Shown piece after piece: positions 63,056-64,000 of a stretch of DNA of 64,000 bases. The notes under the pieces are model-generated. The model made no database searches. It was given only the letters and a program-made list of their open reading frames with translations, and had not been told where the DNA came from. Location: the NCBI GenBank assembly GCA_050246755.1, contig JBFWVL010000001.1, positions 320,001-384,000 on the forward strand. The letters run 5' to 3'. Source of the DNA: Bacteriovoracia bacterium (GTDB lineage Bacteria > Bdellovibrionota > UBA1018 > CAIPTA01). A program made the translations under genes and the position numbers. Each line of letters begins with the position of its first letter. Position 1 is the first letter of the stretch.

Positions 63056-63580
63056 ATGAGCTCACCAATACGAAAAAAAGATACACAGTCAGCCTGGTTC
63101 GACATAGCTGTTTTTGCGGTGATCGCCGCCTTTTTCCTCTTCTCGGCCCGCAGCTTGACGCGTAGTCAGGCTCGACCGGCCTCCGCCGAGGCCGCAGCGC
63201 AGCTTCCGGAGCGCAGCCTGGCTTCTTCTCAGCAGGCCGCTCCCACCCCGGCCACCGCCGACCAATCCATCCAAGTTTTCCGCCTGGACTGCCTCTTTAA
63301 CGCATCCCTGAAGCCCATCACCACCGAAGCCAGCATGGTGCGCATCATGGCGAATATCTGCAGCAGCAAAAAACCGCTCGCCAAAAATACTCTCTTCGTC
63401 GGGAAAAATTTAAGCTCCGGCGAAGACATCGTGCCCTTCGTGCAGGACGGGAAGTCCATGTCGACGAACTACTTTTCGCTCCGCGAGGGCTCCAATAAAA
63501 TCTCTTTCCGGCTCAACCTCGCCAAGGGCCAGGAAATCCAGCAAGAGCTGGAATTCGTAAAGACCCCTAAGCCCGAATAA
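63056..63580 (+). CDS. membrane-anchored hypothetical protein
   Basis: Single N-terminal TM; Ig-like C-terminus (L.EGSN.I). Confidence 0.75.
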   Translation: MSSPIRKKDTQSAWFDIAVFAVIAAFFLFSARSLTRSQARPASAEAAAQLPERSLASSQQAAPTPATADQSIQVFRLDCLFNASLKPITTEASMVRIMANICSSKKPLAKNTLFVGKNLSSGEDIVPFVQDGKSMSTNYFSLREGSNKISFRLNLAKGQEIQQELEFVKTPKPE

Positions 63581-63594
63581 ATTCAGGAGAAGCC

Positions 63595-63945
63595 ATGAAA
63601 ACCTCCATCTCCCTATTTCTCTTACTTGCCTTCTCGCTAGCCGGCTGTTCATCCGCTCCGCCCGCGAACGAAAGAAAGGTGGCATCGAAGAAAGAAGCGT
63701 CTCCGGTGGAACCCGCGGAAATCCGGGGCGTGATCCAGGCGCAAGGCGGAGAGTCCGATAATTATTTCATCAAGGATAAAAAACTCGGCAAGATCGAGCT
63801 CTACCACTACGGCAAAGAAGCCTACTGGGCGATCCGCAATAACGAAGGCAAGACGGCGGTGCTTTGGGGCAGCTGGGACGAATCGCAGGATCGCCAGCTC
63901 GTATTCGTGGTGTACAAAGTGACCGTACTAGACGCCGCTAAGTAA
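63595..63945 (+). CDS. hypothetical lipoprotein
   Basis: AGGAG RBS; lipobox LAGC. Confidence 0.8.
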   Translation: MKTSISLFLLLAFSLAGCSSAPPANERKVASKKEASPVEPAEIRGVIQAQGGESDNYFIKDKKLGKIELYHYGKEAYWAIRNNEGKTAVLWGSWDESQDRQLVFVVYKVTVLDAAK

Positions 63946-64000
63946 AGATTGATGGGCTAGAAGCCAACGGAATAGAGAAGCTTAGCGGTCTCGCTAGCCT

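Overview
This is a gene-dense, GC-rich bacterial window, probably from a Bdellovibrionota-like organism. That assignment is inferred from a Tad ATPase, an AgmX/PglI-type lipoprotein, many small secreted Cys-containing hypotheticals and FliA-like promoters. Housekeeping blocks: mdh-sucC-sucD; purK-purE with an M14 peptidase, polyprenyl synthase and MenA-like gene; a pantothenate/CoA cluster that has an IlvC-like gene where panE would be expected; a propionyl-CoA carboxylase/methylmalonyl-CoA mutase operon; a DEAD-box helicase; nagZ; and a two-component pair. The standout is a tryptophan catabolic cluster at 33.5-44.5 kb. It joins kynA and kynB to a 2-aminophenol meta-cleavage pathway (amnB, an amnA-deaminase fusion, semialdehyde dehydrogenase, decarboxylase, hydratase). 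It has no kynureninase, kynurenine 3-monooxygenase, 3-hydroxyanthranilate dioxygenase or ACMSD. In their place sit a luciferase-like monooxygenase and a motif-altered asparaginase II. I infer a possible new route: kynurenine -> (Baeyer-Villiger oxidation) beta-aspartyl-2-aminophenol -> aspartate + 2-aminophenol. Other observations: a sigma28-like promoter set, frequent leaderless starts, a 146-bp element with 22-bp perfect inverted ends, a GAFTGA-less NtrC-like regulator, and a poly-T frameshift in a signal peptide. I recognised no rRNA, tRNA, CRISPR array or transposase. All calls come from reading motifs by eye; no database searches were run.
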